Numbered from the stretch's first letter, positions 18,981-28,866 are shown. The stretch: 64,000 nucleotides of DNA from Candidatus Margulisiibacteriota bacterium (GCA_041661965.1 JBAZTH010000001.1:226710-290709); one strand, 5' to 3'. Notes: generated from the letters alone by a model not told the origin. Numbers and translations are program-made.

Positions 18981-20324
18981 GTGAGAAGCTTTAATGGCGG
19001 CCTCCATCTTTCATATTATAAAGAGCTGACCAAAGAACGGCCGATCAAAGAAGCGGTCGCTCCGCGCCGGGTCATTCTCCCTTTGCAACAGAATTTAGGC
19101 TGTCCCTGCGATCCGCTGGTCGCGGTCGGCGACCTCGTTACCGAAGGTCAAAAGATCGCCGATTCCAAGCTCCTGATCTCCGCGCCGATCCACGCGCCGA
19201 TCTCCGGCCGGATCGCGGCCATTCAATACTATCCTAACGCCTGCGATTACGACGTGCCGTCGATTGTGATCGAAGCGACCGACTCGATCGACAAGGTAAC
19301 CCGTCCCGGGAGCCGCTGGACCTTTGACGAACTTTCCCCCGAACAGATCAAGAAGATCGTCCGCGAAGCCGGGATCGTCGGGCTTGGCGGCGCCGCTTTT
19401 CCGACCCACGTGAAGCTGACCCCCCCGGTCGGCAAGGCGATCGACGTGGTAATTATAAACGGCTGCGAATGCGAGCCCTATATTACCGCCGATTACCGGC
19501 TGATGGTCGAAAAAGCTTCGACCTTGATCCTGGGGGCTAAGGCGATCGCCAAAGCGGTCGGCGCCCGCCGGATCGTTTTCGGGATTGAGAACAATAAACC
19601 GGAGGCTCTCAAAGCGATCGACTTCGAGCGGTTGAAAACGCGGCAGATCTTCGCGATCACCGTTGCCGCTCTCCAGACGAAATATCCCCAGGGGGGCGAG
19701 AAAATGCTGATCAAAGCCCTTCTTAATCGAGAAGTTCCGACTGGCGGCTTGCCGTCCGATGTCGGCGCGGTCGTCAGCAATGTCGCCACCGCGATCGCCG
19801 TGGCCGAAGCGGTGACCCAAGGGGTCCCGCTGACCCGCCGGGTGGTGACCGTGACCGGTTCCGGCATTAAAGATCCGCAAAATCTGCTGGTCCGTTTGGG
19901 GACGACCTTTGCCGAAGTGATCGAGCAATGCCGCGGCTTGAACGATAACGTTGAAAAAGTCCTCATGGGAGGGCCGATGATGGGGCTGACCGTCCCGACC
20001 TTGGAGGTTCCCGTCGTTAAAGCGACGACCTGCATCCTGGCTTTAACCGATCAAGACATTTGCCGTTATCCGGAAGGGAACTGTATTCGCTGCGGCCGCT
20101 GCATCAAGGCCTGTCCGGTTGGGCTGACCCCGAACTTCCTGGCGGAGTTTGCCAAGACCGGAAATTGGTCGGAAGCCAACAACTACAATATCAGCGACTG
20201 TATCGAATGCGGTTGCTGTTCTTACATTTGTCCCAGCCGGATCCCGCTGGTCCAATATTTTAAGTTAGCCAAGAACGCCGTCCGATTGTTAAAATTAGCG
20301 GAGAAAAAAGCGGTATGCCGATAA
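18981..20324 (+). CDS. rnfC: Rnf complex subunit C
   Basis: Two 4Fe-4S ferredoxin motifs (CIRCGRCIKACP, CIECGCCSYICP), RnfC N-domain, GTG start. Confidence 0.85.
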   Translation: MRSFNGGLHLSYYKELTKERPIKEAVAPRRVILPLQQNLGCPCDPLVAVGDLVTEGQKIADSKLLISAPIHAPISGRIAAIQYYPNACDYDVPSIVIEATDSIDKVTRPGSRWTFDELSPEQIKKIVREAGIVGLGGAAFPTHVKLTPPVGKAIDVVIINGCECEPYITADYRLMVEKASTLILGAKAIAKAVGARRIVFGIENNKPEALKAIDFERLKTRQIFAITVAALQTKYPQGGEKMLIKALLNREVPTGGLPSDVGAVVSNVATAIAVAEAVTQGVPLTRRVVTVTGSGIKDPQNLLVRLGTTFAEVIEQCRGLNDNVEKVLMGGPMMGLTVPTLEVPVVKATTCILALTDQDICRYPEGNCIRCGRCIKACPVGLTPNFLAEFAKTGNWSEANNYNISDCIECGCCSYICPSRIPLVQYFKLAKNAVRLLKLAEKKAVCR

Positions 20325-21268
20325 ACAAATTGATCGTCCAGGTTGGTCCTCATATCAGGAGTAAAGAGGGGACCGATTACTTGATGCGGGCCTTTGCCTT
20401 TTCTTTGCTTTTCCCAACTATTGCCGGGACCTATTTCTTTGGCCTCAACGCCTTGGCCTTAGTCCTCTTTACCGGTTTCATGGCGGTCGCGGCGGAAGCC
20501 GTTTTCCAGCGGCTGGCCAAGCAACCGATCACGGTCCGGGACGGGAGCGCTTTTATTACCGGCGTTCTTTTAGGCCTGGTCCTGCCGCCTGGTTTTCCTT
20601 TCTGGATGGCCGGGATCGGCGCCATCTTTTCGATTGTCGTTGTCAAATGCTTGTTCGGCGGTTTGGGCTTTAATATTTTTAATCCCGCTTTGGCCGGCCG
20701 GGCCTTTCTGATGGCCTCCTGGCCGGTCGCCATGACCAGCTGGCTCCGGCCATTTGATGCTGTGACGACCGCGTCGCCGTTGTACCTGGCGAAGATCGGC
20801 GAGGCGGTCCCCGACTATTGGGCTCTTTTCCTGGGAAATCGGGCCGGTTCGATCGGGGAGACCTCGATTTTAATGATCCTGATCGCCGCCGCGTTTCTTT
20901 TCTGGAAAAAGATCATCGACTGGCCGGCTCCTGTCGCTTTTGTTGGAACCGTTTTTGTTTTATCCTATTTCCTCGGTCAGGACCCGCTCTTTCAGATCCT
21001 GACCGGCGGGCTTTTCTTCGGCGCGGTCTTTATGGCGACCGATTACGTGACCGGTCCGGTCACGCCGAAAGGTCGTTTTATTTTTGGTCTGGGTTGCGGT
21101 GTTTTTACGGTTTTGATCCGGTTTTACGGCGGGTTTCCTGAAGGGGTTAACTACGCGATCCTGCTGATGAATATTCTAACCCCGGTGATCGACAAATATA
21201 GCCTGCCTAAAATATATGGCAGCTTGCCTGCCGGGAGGCAGGCGAAAAAAAATGAAAAAAAACATTAA
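20315..21268 (+). CDS. rnfD: Rnf complex subunit D
   Basis: NqrB/RnfD-type polytopic membrane protein. Gene order CDGEAB is conserved. Confidence 0.85.
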   Translation: MPINKLIVQVGPHIRSKEGTDYLMRAFAFSLLFPTIAGTYFFGLNALALVLFTGFMAVAAEAVFQRLAKQPITVRDGSAFITGVLLGLVLPPGFPFWMAGIGAIFSIVVVKCLFGGLGFNIFNPALAGRAFLMASWPVAMTSWLRPFDAVTTASPLYLAKIGEAVPDYWALFLGNRAGSIGETSILMILIAAAFLFWKKIIDWPAPVAFVGTVFVLSYFLGQDPLFQILTGGLFFGAVFMATDYVTGPVTPKGRFIFGLGCGVFTVLIRFYGGFPEGVNYAILLMNILTPVIDKYSLPKIYGSLPAGRQAKKNEKKH

Positions 21269-21758
21269 AATGGCGGCGGTCCTGGCCCTCTTCTGCGTTA
21301 TTTCCGCCGGGTTGCTGGCCTACGTTTATAACGTGACCCAGCCATTGATCGTCCAAAATGCCAAGCGATCGTTTGATCTTTCATTAAAGAGGTTGATCCC
21401 GGCCGAGTCGTTCAAGCAAGAAAAAAATGCTTTTGTCGCGACCAAAGGGAAAGAGGTCGTCGGCTACGCTTTTGCCGTTAAACCGCAAGGTTACGGCGGC
21501 CCGGTCGAAATGCTGGTCGGTTTGGATAAAGAAGGGCGGGTCCTGGCCGTTAAGGTCTTAAGCCATAAAGAGACTGCCGGACTCGGCTCCAACATTGAAA
21601 ATCAGAAGTTTCTCCAACAATTCGTCGGTAAAACGGCACAAGATAAGATCGAGCCCAAACAAGATATTGATGCTTTGACCGGAGCGACGATCTCCACCCG
21701 GGCGGTCTGCTACGGCGTTCGGGAAGCGATCGACCAATGCTGGGAAATAATTAAATGA
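21252..21758 (+). CDS. rnfG: Rnf complex subunit G (FMN-binding)
   Basis: FMN-binding motif with a Thr acceptor (LTGATIST). Start placed at MKKNIKM. Confidence 0.8.
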   Translation: MKKNIKMAAVLALFCVISAGLLAYVYNVTQPLIVQNAKRSFDLSLKRLIPAESFKQEKNAFVATKGKEVVGYAFAVKPQGYGGPVEMLVGLDKEGRVLAVKVLSHKETAGLGSNIENQKFLQQFVGKTAQDKIEPKQDIDALTGATISTRAVCYGVREAIDQCWEIIK

Positions 21759-22345
21759 GCTTTTGGCAGGATTTTAATCGCGGGATAGTTTCGGAAAACC
21801 CGGTCCTCCGGCTGATGATCGGGCTTTGCCCGACTCTTGCCGTTTCGACCAGCGCCGTTAACGCCCTTGGGATGGCGGCGGCGACCTCCTTTGTCCTGAT
21901 CTTTTCTAATTTAGTCGTCGCCCTGATCCGCAAGATCGTTCCCGACCAGATCCGGATCCCAATCTTTATTATCGTCATCTCGACCTTTGTAACGATCATC
22001 GATTACGTCATGCAAGCTTATACCCCCGACCTGCACCATGCTCTCGGGGTCTTCATTCCGCTGATTGTCGTCAATTGCATTATCCTCGGCCGAGCGGAGG
22101 CCTTTGCCTACAAAAACCCGGTCCTCGCTTCGACCCTTGACGGGATCGGCATGAGCCTTGGTTTTACCCTGGCCCTTTTGGCAATCGGTTTGATCCGGGA
22201 ATTATTGGGAGCGGGAGCTGTTTTTGGCGTCTCGCTGTATAATCCGGCGGTCGCGGCGACGATCATGATTTTGCCGCCCGGCGCCTTCATAACCATCGGT
22301 TTCCTGATGGCCTTACTTAATAAACTGGAGAACAAAGTCCAATGA
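21755..22345 (+). CDS. rnfE: Rnf complex subunit E
   Basis: RnfE/NqrD-family membrane protein. Confidence 0.85.
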   Translation: MSFWQDFNRGIVSENPVLRLMIGLCPTLAVSTSAVNALGMAAATSFVLIFSNLVVALIRKIVPDQIRIPIFIIVISTFVTIIDYVMQAYTPDLHHALGVFIPLIVVNCIILGRAEAFAYKNPVLASTLDGIGMSLGFTLALLAIGLIRELLGAGAVFGVSLYNPAVAATIMILPPGAFITIGFLMALLNKLENKVQ

Positions 22346-22448
22346 GAAAATTTTACTGGAAACCTGCGGCAATATCGCCGCGGTTTCCAAGTTTTAAAGA
22401 GAAGGAGAGGATAACCGCGACGTTTAGTCGCAGGTTATCCGTCAGCCA
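22346..22448 (+). promoter_or_regulatory. Structured intergenic RNA element inside the rnf operon: hairpin A (22358-22388), AAGGAGAG, hairpin B (22409-22440), then the rnfA ATG
   Basis: Hairpin A is GGAAACC-t-GCGGC-aatatc-GCCGC-GGTTTCC. Hairpin B is GGATAACC-GCGAC-gttta-GTCGC-a-GGTTATCC. The same arrangement with compensatory substitutions precedes trpB2 at 32944-33038. Confidence 0.5.
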
Positions 22449-23030
22449 ATGAGTCAACTCTTAGGCATATTTTTTGCCGCTTTCCTGATCAACAACATTC
22501 TGCTGATCAGGTTCATTGCCTTATGTTCGTTCTTTGGGGTTTCGACCAAGCTGGAAACTTCACTGGGAATGAGCTCGGCGGTGATCTTTGTCATGACGAT
22601 CTCCTCTGCCGTTTCCTGGGTTGCGTACCATTCGGTCCTGGTTCCGTTCCACCTGGAATTTCTCCGGACGGCGGTCTTTATCCTGACGATCGCTTCGCTC
22701 GTCCAGCTGGAAGAGCTTTACCTGAAAAAGATGATCCCGTCGCTTTATCGGGCGATGGGGATCTATCTCCCGCTCATTACTACTAATTGCGCCATTTTGG
22801 CGGTCGCTTTTCTGGCGATCGATTACCGTTACACTTTTATCCAGTCGCTGGTTTATTCGCTCGGGGTTTCCGGTGGTTATTCACTGGCGATAATTTTATT
22901 CGCTTATCTCCGGGAGCGGACCGCCCTGGCGCCGGTCCCGAAATGGTTCCAGGGGTATCCGATCGCTTTTCTGACGGCGGCGCTGATGTCGCTCGCCTTC
23001 CTGGGCTTTACGAGGATGTTCGGGCTATGA
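22449..23030 (+). CDS. rnfA: Rnf complex subunit A
   Basis: RnfA/NqrE-family membrane protein. Confidence 0.85.
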   Translation: MSQLLGIFFAAFLINNILLIRFIALCSFFGVSTKLETSLGMSSAVIFVMTISSAVSWVAYHSVLVPFHLEFLRTAVFILTIASLVQLEELYLKKMIPSLYRAMGIYLPLITTNCAILAVAFLAIDYRYTFIQSLVYSLGVSGGYSLAIILFAYLRERTALAPVPKWFQGYPIAFLTAALMSLAFLGFTRMFGL

Positions 23031-23812
23031 CGATATTTTTAACTTCAATCATAATTTTAGGCGTTTTGGGATTTATCTTTGCCGCACTGCTGGCCCTGGC
23101 GGCCGATTATTTCCAGGTCAAGACCGATCCGAAGATCGAAGCGATCTTGGCGATCCTGCCGGGGGCCAATTGCGGCGCCTGCGGCGCGGCCGGCTGTCAT
23201 AATTTCGCGGAAAAAGTCGTGAACGGCGAGATCGCCGTCAGCGGTTGCGTGGTAGGGGGAAAAGATGTCGCCGAAAAGGTCGGCGCGATCATGGGAATTG
23301 CGCTCCCGACCGACTATCGGAAAACGATCGCCGCCGTCCATTGCGGCGCCACGGAAAAAATCCGCCGGCGGGTCAACCGCTATGAAGGGGTCGCCAAGTG
23401 CGCCGCCGCTAATTTGGTGAACGGGGGAGGCTTAGCTTGCTCTTACGGCTGCCTCGGCTTCGGCGATTGCGACTGCATTTGTCCCTTTGACGCGATCAAG
23501 ATGATTGACGGGTTGCCGCAGATCGATCCTGACAAATGCACCTCTTGCGGTAAGTGCGTGGCTGTTTGCCCGCGCCGGATCATCTCCATTATTCCTCATG
23601 ATTTTGGCGCGGTGATCGCCTGTTCCTCAAAGGATCCTGGAGCGGTCGTCCGTAAGATCTGTCCGGTCGGTTGTATCGCTTGTAAGATCTGCGAAAAGGC
23701 GGTTCCCGAGGTTTATAAGGTCGTCGACAATTTGGCGGTCATCGATTATACGGTCAAGGGGGTTGATCCGGCTCCGGCGATCGAAAAATGTCCGACGAAG
23801 TGTATTAAATAG
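23027..23812 (+). CDS. rnfB: Rnf complex subunit B (ferredoxin-like)
   Basis: N-terminal TM helix plus multiple Cys clusters (CGACGAAGC, CxxCxxC). Start at MTIFLTS overlaps the rnfA stop as ATGA. Confidence 0.85.
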   Translation: MTIFLTSIIILGVLGFIFAALLALAADYFQVKTDPKIEAILAILPGANCGACGAAGCHNFAEKVVNGEIAVSGCVVGGKDVAEKVGAIMGIALPTDYRKTIAAVHCGATEKIRRRVNRYEGVAKCAAANLVNGGGLACSYGCLGFGDCDCICPFDAIKMIDGLPQIDPDKCTSCGKCVAVCPRRIISIIPHDFGAVIACSSKDPGAVVRKICPVGCIACKICEKAVPEVYKVVDNLAVIDYTVKGVDPAPAIEKCPTKCIK

Positions 23813-23824
23813 GAGGGGTTAATT

Positions 23825-23989
23825 ATGAAGTGTGACAATGGCGCGGTTTATGGATTGGGTGTCATCGGGGCTTTGGTCTATTATATTCAGCATTCGACCA
23901 GTTTTTGGGGTGGGGTCATCGGAATATTAAAGGCGATCGTCTGGCCGGCGATGCTGATCTATCGTCTCCTTGAATCGTTGAAGATGTAG
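23825..23989 (+). CDS. Small 54-aa hydrophobic protein downstream of rnfB
   Basis: AGGAGG SD 7 nt upstream of the ATG. Two predicted TM helices. Absent from the track because it is under 60 aa. Confidence 0.35.
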   Translation: MKCDNGAVYGLGVIGALVYYIQHSTSFWGGVIGILKAIVWPAMLIYRLLESLKM

Positions 23990-24005
23990 TGGCGATTTGC
24001 TTAGA

Positions 24006-24078
24006 CTAGGAAACCTGCGGCAATATCGCCGCGGTTTCCTAGTTTTATTTTAACCGCCCCGATCGGATCGGGGCGGTT
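24006..24078 (+). terminator. Rho-independent terminator of the rnf operon (hairpin A-family copy plus U-tract), followed by a second perfect 13-bp palindrome
   Basis: CTAGGAAACCTGCGGCAATATCGCCGCGGTTTCCTAG then GTTTTATTTT; then AACCGCCCCGATC-g-GATCGGGGCGGTT. Confidence 0.55.
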
Positions 24079-24125
24079 AAATTGGAAGCCAAAACGATCT
24101 TTCCCTCAAAGTAGTAGAATATTAT

Positions 24126-24761
24126 ATGAAAACAACTTGCCCCTTATGCTCTTCAACTGCCGAAACATTCCAAGAACACCGCGGGACCATATTCTATAAA
24201 TGTAGCGGCTGTCGGTCCGTCTTCCGTGATCCGGGAAATGACCTCTCACCAGCCGAAGAGAAAAAACGTTATGAAGCCCACCACAACGACCCAGCCGACC
24301 CTGGTTATCAGGCGTATGTCTCGCCGATTGTGAAGGCGGTGACCCAACGCTTTAAGCCGGGCGATCAGGGACTTGATTTTGGGGCCGGTCCCGGTGCGAT
24401 CATTACTACTTTATTGCGTGAACAAGGGTATCAGGTGGAGTCGTATGATCCGTTTTTTCACGACAATCGAGAGAGTTTAAAGCAAGCCTACGATTATATC
24501 GTTTGTTCCGAGGTGGTTGAGCATTTTCGCTCCCCGGCCAAAGAGTTTGCCCTGCTTCGTTCGCGGCTTAAACCGGGCAGCGCCCTTTTTTGTCTGACGA
24601 GATTGTACGAAGAGGGGCTGGATTTTTCGACCTGGTTTTACAAGAATGACCCGACCCATCGGTTTTTTTATAGCCGCCAGGCGTTGGAGTGGATCAAAAC
24701 AAAATTTGATTTTTCTTCATTGGAGATCGAAGGGCGGCTGATCAGTCTTGCCGTTCTTTAA
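24126..24761 (+). CDS. Class I SAM-dependent methyltransferase with N-terminal zinc-ribbon-like CxxC...CxxC
   Basis: Motif I LDFGAGPG and a post-I acidic residue. N-terminus has CPLCSS...CSGC. Confidence 0.55.
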   Translation: MKTTCPLCSSTAETFQEHRGTIFYKCSGCRSVFRDPGNDLSPAEEKKRYEAHHNDPADPGYQAYVSPIVKAVTQRFKPGDQGLDFGAGPGAIITTLLREQGYQVESYDPFFHDNRESLKQAYDYIVCSEVVEHFRSPAKEFALLRSRLKPGSALFCLTRLYEEGLDFSTWFYKNDPTHRFFYSRQALEWIKTKFDFSSLEIEGRLISLAVL

Positions 24762-24764
24762 TTC

Positions 24765-25295
24765 TCATTCCCCAGCCCCCAGTCCATCCATGACCTTATA
24801 ATCTTTGCCCAAATATTTTTCCATGATGAAACCGATGACGATAAAAACCGGTATCGAAATGATGGTGCGGAGGAGGGAAAATTTTAAACCGAGAAAACCG
24901 ATCTCAAAAGTGAGCAGGGGGATCTTCAGTCCGCTGAAGGCTCCAAGATAGATAAAAACATTGCGCGGGCTGGCCCCTTTTTTGCTCAAGATATACGCGA
25001 CCGGAAAAGCGCCGTAGAGCGGGCCGGCCTGAAGGGTCGCCAGGAGAATTATCCAAAAAGTGCCGATCAAGCCGCTTTCCGTCCCGATATGCCGTTCGAT
25101 CTTTTCTTTGGGGACCCAGACGTCAAACAGGCCGATCAGCAGGAACATCAGCGGCAGGAAAGAGGCCATTTCCCAAAAAAATTGTTGGAAATTACCGTAG
25201 ATCTGTTCTCCGGGCTTATAACCGATAAACAGCGAGCCGCCGATGAAAATGGCGAAGAGAATTGTCCAAAAGTAAGCTTTGAGGTTTTTTTTCAT
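24765..25295 (-). CDS. Membrane protein, probable permease component
   Basis: Polytopic hydrophobic ORF. It overlaps the upstream gene and lies in the ars-associated gene string. Confidence 0.4.
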   Translation of the reverse strand: MKKNLKAYFWTILFAIFIGGSLFIGYKPGEQIYGNFQQFFWEMASFLPLMFLLIGLFDVWVPKEKIERHIGTESGLIGTFWIILLATLQAGPLYGAFPVAYILSKKGASPRNVFIYLGAFSGLKIPLLTFEIGFLGLKFSLLRTIISIPVFIVIGFIMEKYLGKDYKVMDGLGAGE

Positions 25296-25762
25296 AGGAA
25301 TAATCCCATCAGCAGGCCGATCGCGAAAGCGCCGATGAAGCTTAGCCCGTTTCTCATGAAAGCCGCTTTCCGGCCGAAGAACTTGATTTCCAGCGGCAAG
25401 GTCAGGATCCCGACCATCATTAGTGTCGTGATGAAGACCGCGACCGTGATTACCGGGACGCCGAGGCTTAAAAATATTCTGGCCAGCGGGAAGGCGATAA
25501 ATCCCGGGATAAGGGCGATCGAGCCGAGAAGCGCGGCAATGATTACCCCCAGGAACCCGCTGCGCGCTCCAAGGATTGCCGATAAAGCCTCTCCCGGGGT
25601 CAGATAAAGAAAAATGCTGATCAGGGCGATGATCAGCAAAAGGGTCGGCAAGAGAGTTAAGAACATTTTTAGTCCTCGCTGGCAGCCGTCATAGGTCTTT
25701 TGGCGGTCGACCGCCAGAGATAAAAGCAAACATAAGAGCGTGGCAACAACAAGAATAATCAT
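25292..25762 (-). CDS. Membrane protein, probable permease component
   Basis: Four or five TM helices. Translationally coupled to neighbours. Confidence 0.4.
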   Translation of the reverse strand: MIILVVATLLCLLLSLAVDRQKTYDGCQRGLKMFLTLLPTLLLIIALISIFLYLTPGEALSAILGARSGFLGVIIAALLGSIALIPGFIAFPLARIFLSLGVPVITVAVFITTLMMVGILTLPLEIKFFGRKAAFMRNGLSFIGAFAIGLLMGLFL

Positions 25763-25770
25763 TTTTTTCC

Positions 25771-26727
25771 TTAAAACACAAAATTAAACAAGTAACCGAT
25801 AACAACTATCCCAATAGTCACGATGCCAAAATAAGTATACAGCAATCTCGGCTTTAAAACTGTGCGCAGGATCAAAAATTCCGGGAGCGATAAGCCCGAG
25901 ACTGCCATCAGGAAGGCGAGGGATGTCCCCAGGGGGAGGCCTTTATCCATCAAGGCTTGCGCGACCGGGATCGCGCCCGCCGCGTTCGCGTAAAGAGGGA
26001 CCCCGATCAAGACCGCGACGATCACCGCGATTGGATTCGTTTTCCCCGCGTATTGGATCAATAAGTCACCGGGGATATAGCCGTGGATCAGGGCGCCGAG
26101 CCCGACCCCGACCATGACGTATGGCCAGACATATTTGAAGACCTCAAACGAATATTTCCAGGAATAACCGAGCCTTTCTTTTAAGTTCGTGCTCTTGGCG
26201 ATCGCCTGACTGTTGAATTTCGAGGCGGCGATATATTCCGAGACATATTTTTCCATCTTCAACCGGCCGATCAAGTAACCGGAAAAGGTGGCGATAATTA
26301 GGCCGCTGGTTATATAAATTAATGATACCTGCCAGCCAAAAAGTCCCCAGAGCATGACGACCGCTATTTCGTTGATCATTGGGGAGGAGACCAAAAACGA
26401 CATCGTTACACCCAGCGGGATACCCGATTGGACCATTCCCATGAACATCGGGATGGCGGAGCAGGTGCAAAACGGCATGAAGATCCCGAATATCGAGGCC
26501 AAAATGTTGCCCATAAATTCGGACTTGCCCGAGACTATCGCCCTGATCTTTTCAGGCGGCAGATAGGTCCTGATGAAGGCCACGGCAAAAATAATAATGA
26601 TCAATAAGAAATATATTTTTGGAACATCATAAAGGAAAAAATTCAAGCTGTCGGAGAAATGGGTTCCCCTGGTCAGTTTCAACAAGTCGTAAGTAATAAG
26701 GTCGGCAAACCATTTAAACATTTTCAA
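25771..26727 (-). CDS. Permease of the DUF318/ArsP-like family
   Basis: Eight or more TM helices with a CTC motif ([10 protein letters not shown]), typical of ArsP-like permeases found in ars operons. Confidence 0.5.
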   Translation of the reverse strand: MKMFKWFADLITYDLLKLTRGTHFSDSLNFFLYDVPKIYFLLIIIIFAVAFIRTYLPPEKIRAIVSGKSEFMGNILASIFGIFMPFCTCSAIPMFMGMVQSGIPLGVTMSFLVSSPMINEIAVVMLWGLFGWQVSLIYITSGLIIATFSGYLIGRLKMEKYVSEYIAASKFNSQAIAKSTNLKERLGYSWKYSFEVFKYVWPYVMVGVGLGALIHGYIPGDLLIQYAGKTNPIAVIVAVLIGVPLYANAAGAIPVAQALMDKGLPLGTSLAFLMAVSGLSLPEFLILRTVLKPRLLYTYFGIVTIGIVVIGYLFNFVF

Positions 26728-27148
26728 TCTCTTTAACCCAGGATTCGATCTTCCGCTTTATTTCATCCCTGACCACTCTGGTTTGCGCCAGGCGCTCGGC
26801 CTGGTCTCCTTTAAATGACGAAGGGTCGGCAAAGCTCCAGCCAAGCTGGGCTCTGGCCCCGGGAAAGATCGGGCACTTTTCACTGCCGGCCGCGTCGCAG
26901 ACGGTAATGACGTAATGGTATTTTTTCCCCTGTTTATAAAAATCAAAGGCGCTCTTAGTTTGATTGCGTGAAATATCGATTCCGATCTCTTTCATTACAT
27001 CAACGGCTAAAGGGTTTAGCGTTCCCGGTTCCAGTCCGGCGCTTTCCACCTCGAACCGGTCGCCGCCGATCTTTTTTAGGAACGCTTCGGCTATTTGGCT
27101 CCTGGCGGAATTGTGGACGCAGATAAAGAGAACTTTTATTTTTTCCAT
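26714..27148 (-). CDS. arsC: Arsenate reductase, LMW-PTP/thioredoxin-coupled type
   Basis: CVHNSARS P-loop (CX5R) and downstream Cys residues. Start placed at [10 protein letters not shown]. Confidence 0.8.
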   Translation of the reverse strand: MEKIKVLFICVHNSARSQIAEAFLKKIGGDRFEVESAGLEPGTLNPLAVDVMKEIGIDISRNQTKSAFDFYKQGKKYHYVITVCDAAGSEKCPIFPGARAQLGWSFADPSSFKGDQAERLAQTRVVRDEIKRKIESWVKEIENV

Positions 27149-27150
27149 TT

Positions 27151-27519
27151 CTATCCTTCCTGGGCGGCGACCAGCGCCGCTTTGATTATCAGCTCGGCCG
27201 GGATCGTTTCGTAAACCCGGTCGGCATATTCGATCGTCCGGCATTCCGCGTCGCCGCAGGCGTCACAGCAACAACTTTTTCCGGTTTTAGCCGTTAGCCA
27301 AGATTCGATCGTCCGACCGTTAATCAGCAAGCGGTTCGATTCCTGGGGGAGCTGATCGAACTCCGCTTTACTAAGTTCTTTCTTGATCAGCGCGACCGAT
27401 AACCCGTCTTCGGCCAGTTTTTTTATCGCTTGCTCGATCTCTTGCTCCGTGCTGCCGCACCGGGGACAAGTTTCATTATCAACGACTAGTCTTTGCCATT
27501 CTATTATTAGCTCTTTCAT
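27151..27519 (-). CDS. Cysteine-rich ars-operon-associated protein (CPRC ... [11 protein letters not shown])
   Basis: 122 aa with CxxC and CCCxxCxxxxC clusters, located between the arsenite pump and arsC. This resembles metallochaperone-like proteins but I do not recognise the family. Confidence 0.4.
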   Translation of the reverse strand: MKELIIEWQRLVVDNETCPRCGSTEQEIEQAIKKLAEDGLSVALIKKELSKAEFDQLPQESNRLLINGRTIESWLTAKTGKSCCCDACGDAECRTIEYADRVYETIPAELIIKAALVAAQEG

Positions 27520-28538
27520 TTTTCTCTTCCTCCTTTTAAGCGTCGCATGACGTTGACCAGGCCGATCATGACCGGGACTTCGATCAAGGGACCAATGACC
27601 GCCGCAAAAGCCTGGCCGGAGCCAAGGCCGAAGACCGAGATGGCGACGGCGATCGCCAGTTCAAAGTTGTTACTGGCGGCGGTGAAGGAGAGGGTGGTCG
27701 ATTTTTTGAAAGAGGCGCCGACCACCCGGCTTAAATAGAAGCTGATGAAGAACATTAGCACAAAGTAAATGACCAGCGGGATAGCGATCCTAAATACGTC
27801 GGTTGGAATCTGGAGGATCAGTTCCCCCTTTAAGCTAAACATGGCCAGGATGGTGAACAGCAGGGCGATCAGAGTGAGCGGGCTGATCCGCGGGATAAAT
27901 ATCTGATTATACCAAGCTTCGCCTTTCAACCTGACCAGAGAGAACCGGGTCATGATCCCGGCCAGGAAGGGGATTCCGAGATAAATAAAGACGCTTTGCG
28001 CGACCGAGGCGATCGAAATATTAACGGCAAGCCCTTTTAAACCAAAAAGAGGCGGGAGGTAAGTAATGAAGACCCAGGCATAAAAGCCGTAGAAGAAGAG
28101 CTGGAAGAGACTGTTGAAAGCTACGAGTCCGGCGGCGTATTCGGTGTCCCCATCGGCCAGGTCGTTCCAGACGATCACCATGGCGATACAGCGGGCCAGG
28201 CCGATTAGGATCAGCCCGATCATGTATTCCGGAAAGTTTTGGAGAAAGATCAGAGCGAGGCCAAACATCAGAAGCGGACCGATCAGCCAGTTTTGGATCA
28301 GGGAAAGAAGCAGAACTTTGGTATCCTTGAAGACCCGCAATTCTTCATATTTAACTTTGGCCAGGGGCGGGTACATCATCAGGATCAGACCGATGGCAAT
28401 CGGGATGGAGGTCGATCCAACCTGCCAGCCGGCGACCAGTTTCGTGAAGCCGGGCTGCAAGTAGCCGATGATGACGCCGATCGCCATGGCCAGAAAGATC
28501 CAAAGGGTCAGGTAACGGTCGAGAAAAGGGAGCTTCAT
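27516..28538 (-). CDS. acr3: Arsenite efflux transporter, ACR3 family
   Basis: Ten TM helices and N-terminal [15 protein letters not shown] typical of Acr3/ArsB (bile acid:sodium symporter fold). Confidence 0.85.
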   Translation of the reverse strand: MKLPFLDRYLTLWIFLAMAIGVIIGYLQPGFTKLVAGWQVGSTSIPIAIGLILMMYPPLAKVKYEELRVFKDTKVLLLSLIQNWLIGPLLMFGLALIFLQNFPEYMIGLILIGLARCIAMVIVWNDLADGDTEYAAGLVAFNSLFQLFFYGFYAWVFITYLPPLFGLKGLAVNISIASVAQSVFIYLGIPFLAGIMTRFSLVRLKGEAWYNQIFIPRISPLTLIALLFTILAMFSLKGELILQIPTDVFRIAIPLVIYFVLMFFISFYLSRVVGASFKKSTTLSFTAASNNFELAIAVAISVFGLGSGQAFAAVIGPLIEVPVMIGLVNVMRRLKGGREK

Positions 28539-28840
28539 TTTTCTCCTTCAAACAATAGCGCTAATTGTTTTTTGAATTTGGTGAAAACCGGCTTATTTAA
28601 ACTATAATATGAATATTTTCCGGCAGATCTTTTTATTATCAGCCTTCTTTCAGTCAGAGCTTTTAAGTGATGGAGGAGGAGATTGTGCGGCAGGCCGAGC
28701 GCTTCGGTCAGTTCGCAAACGCACAGTTCGTTCTTTAACAGTAAGCAGATGATGCGGAGACGGGTGTCTTCGGCGATAGTCTTAAGCGTCACCGCGACCG
28801 TTTTTAACTTCTTTTTGACGCAGGGGCAGGCCTTCTTCAT
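28535..28840 (-). CDS. arsR: ArsR/SmtB-family metalloregulator
   Basis: ELCVCEL metal-binding motif within an HTH. Confidence 0.8.
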   Translation of the reverse strand: MKKACPCVKKKLKTVAVTLKTIAEDTRLRIICLLLKNELCVCELTEALGLPHNLLLHHLKALTERRLIIKRSAGKYSYYSLNKPVFTKFKKQLALLFEGEK

Positions 28841-28866
28841 AGCGCGATTATAACCCGACCGGCTTT

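Noticed and set aside
24052-24078. Second palindrome after the rnf terminator as an independent terminator
   Set aside because: It is a perfect 13-bp inverted repeat, but no U-tract follows it on either strand. It is more likely a protein-binding site or part of the repeat family than a terminator.
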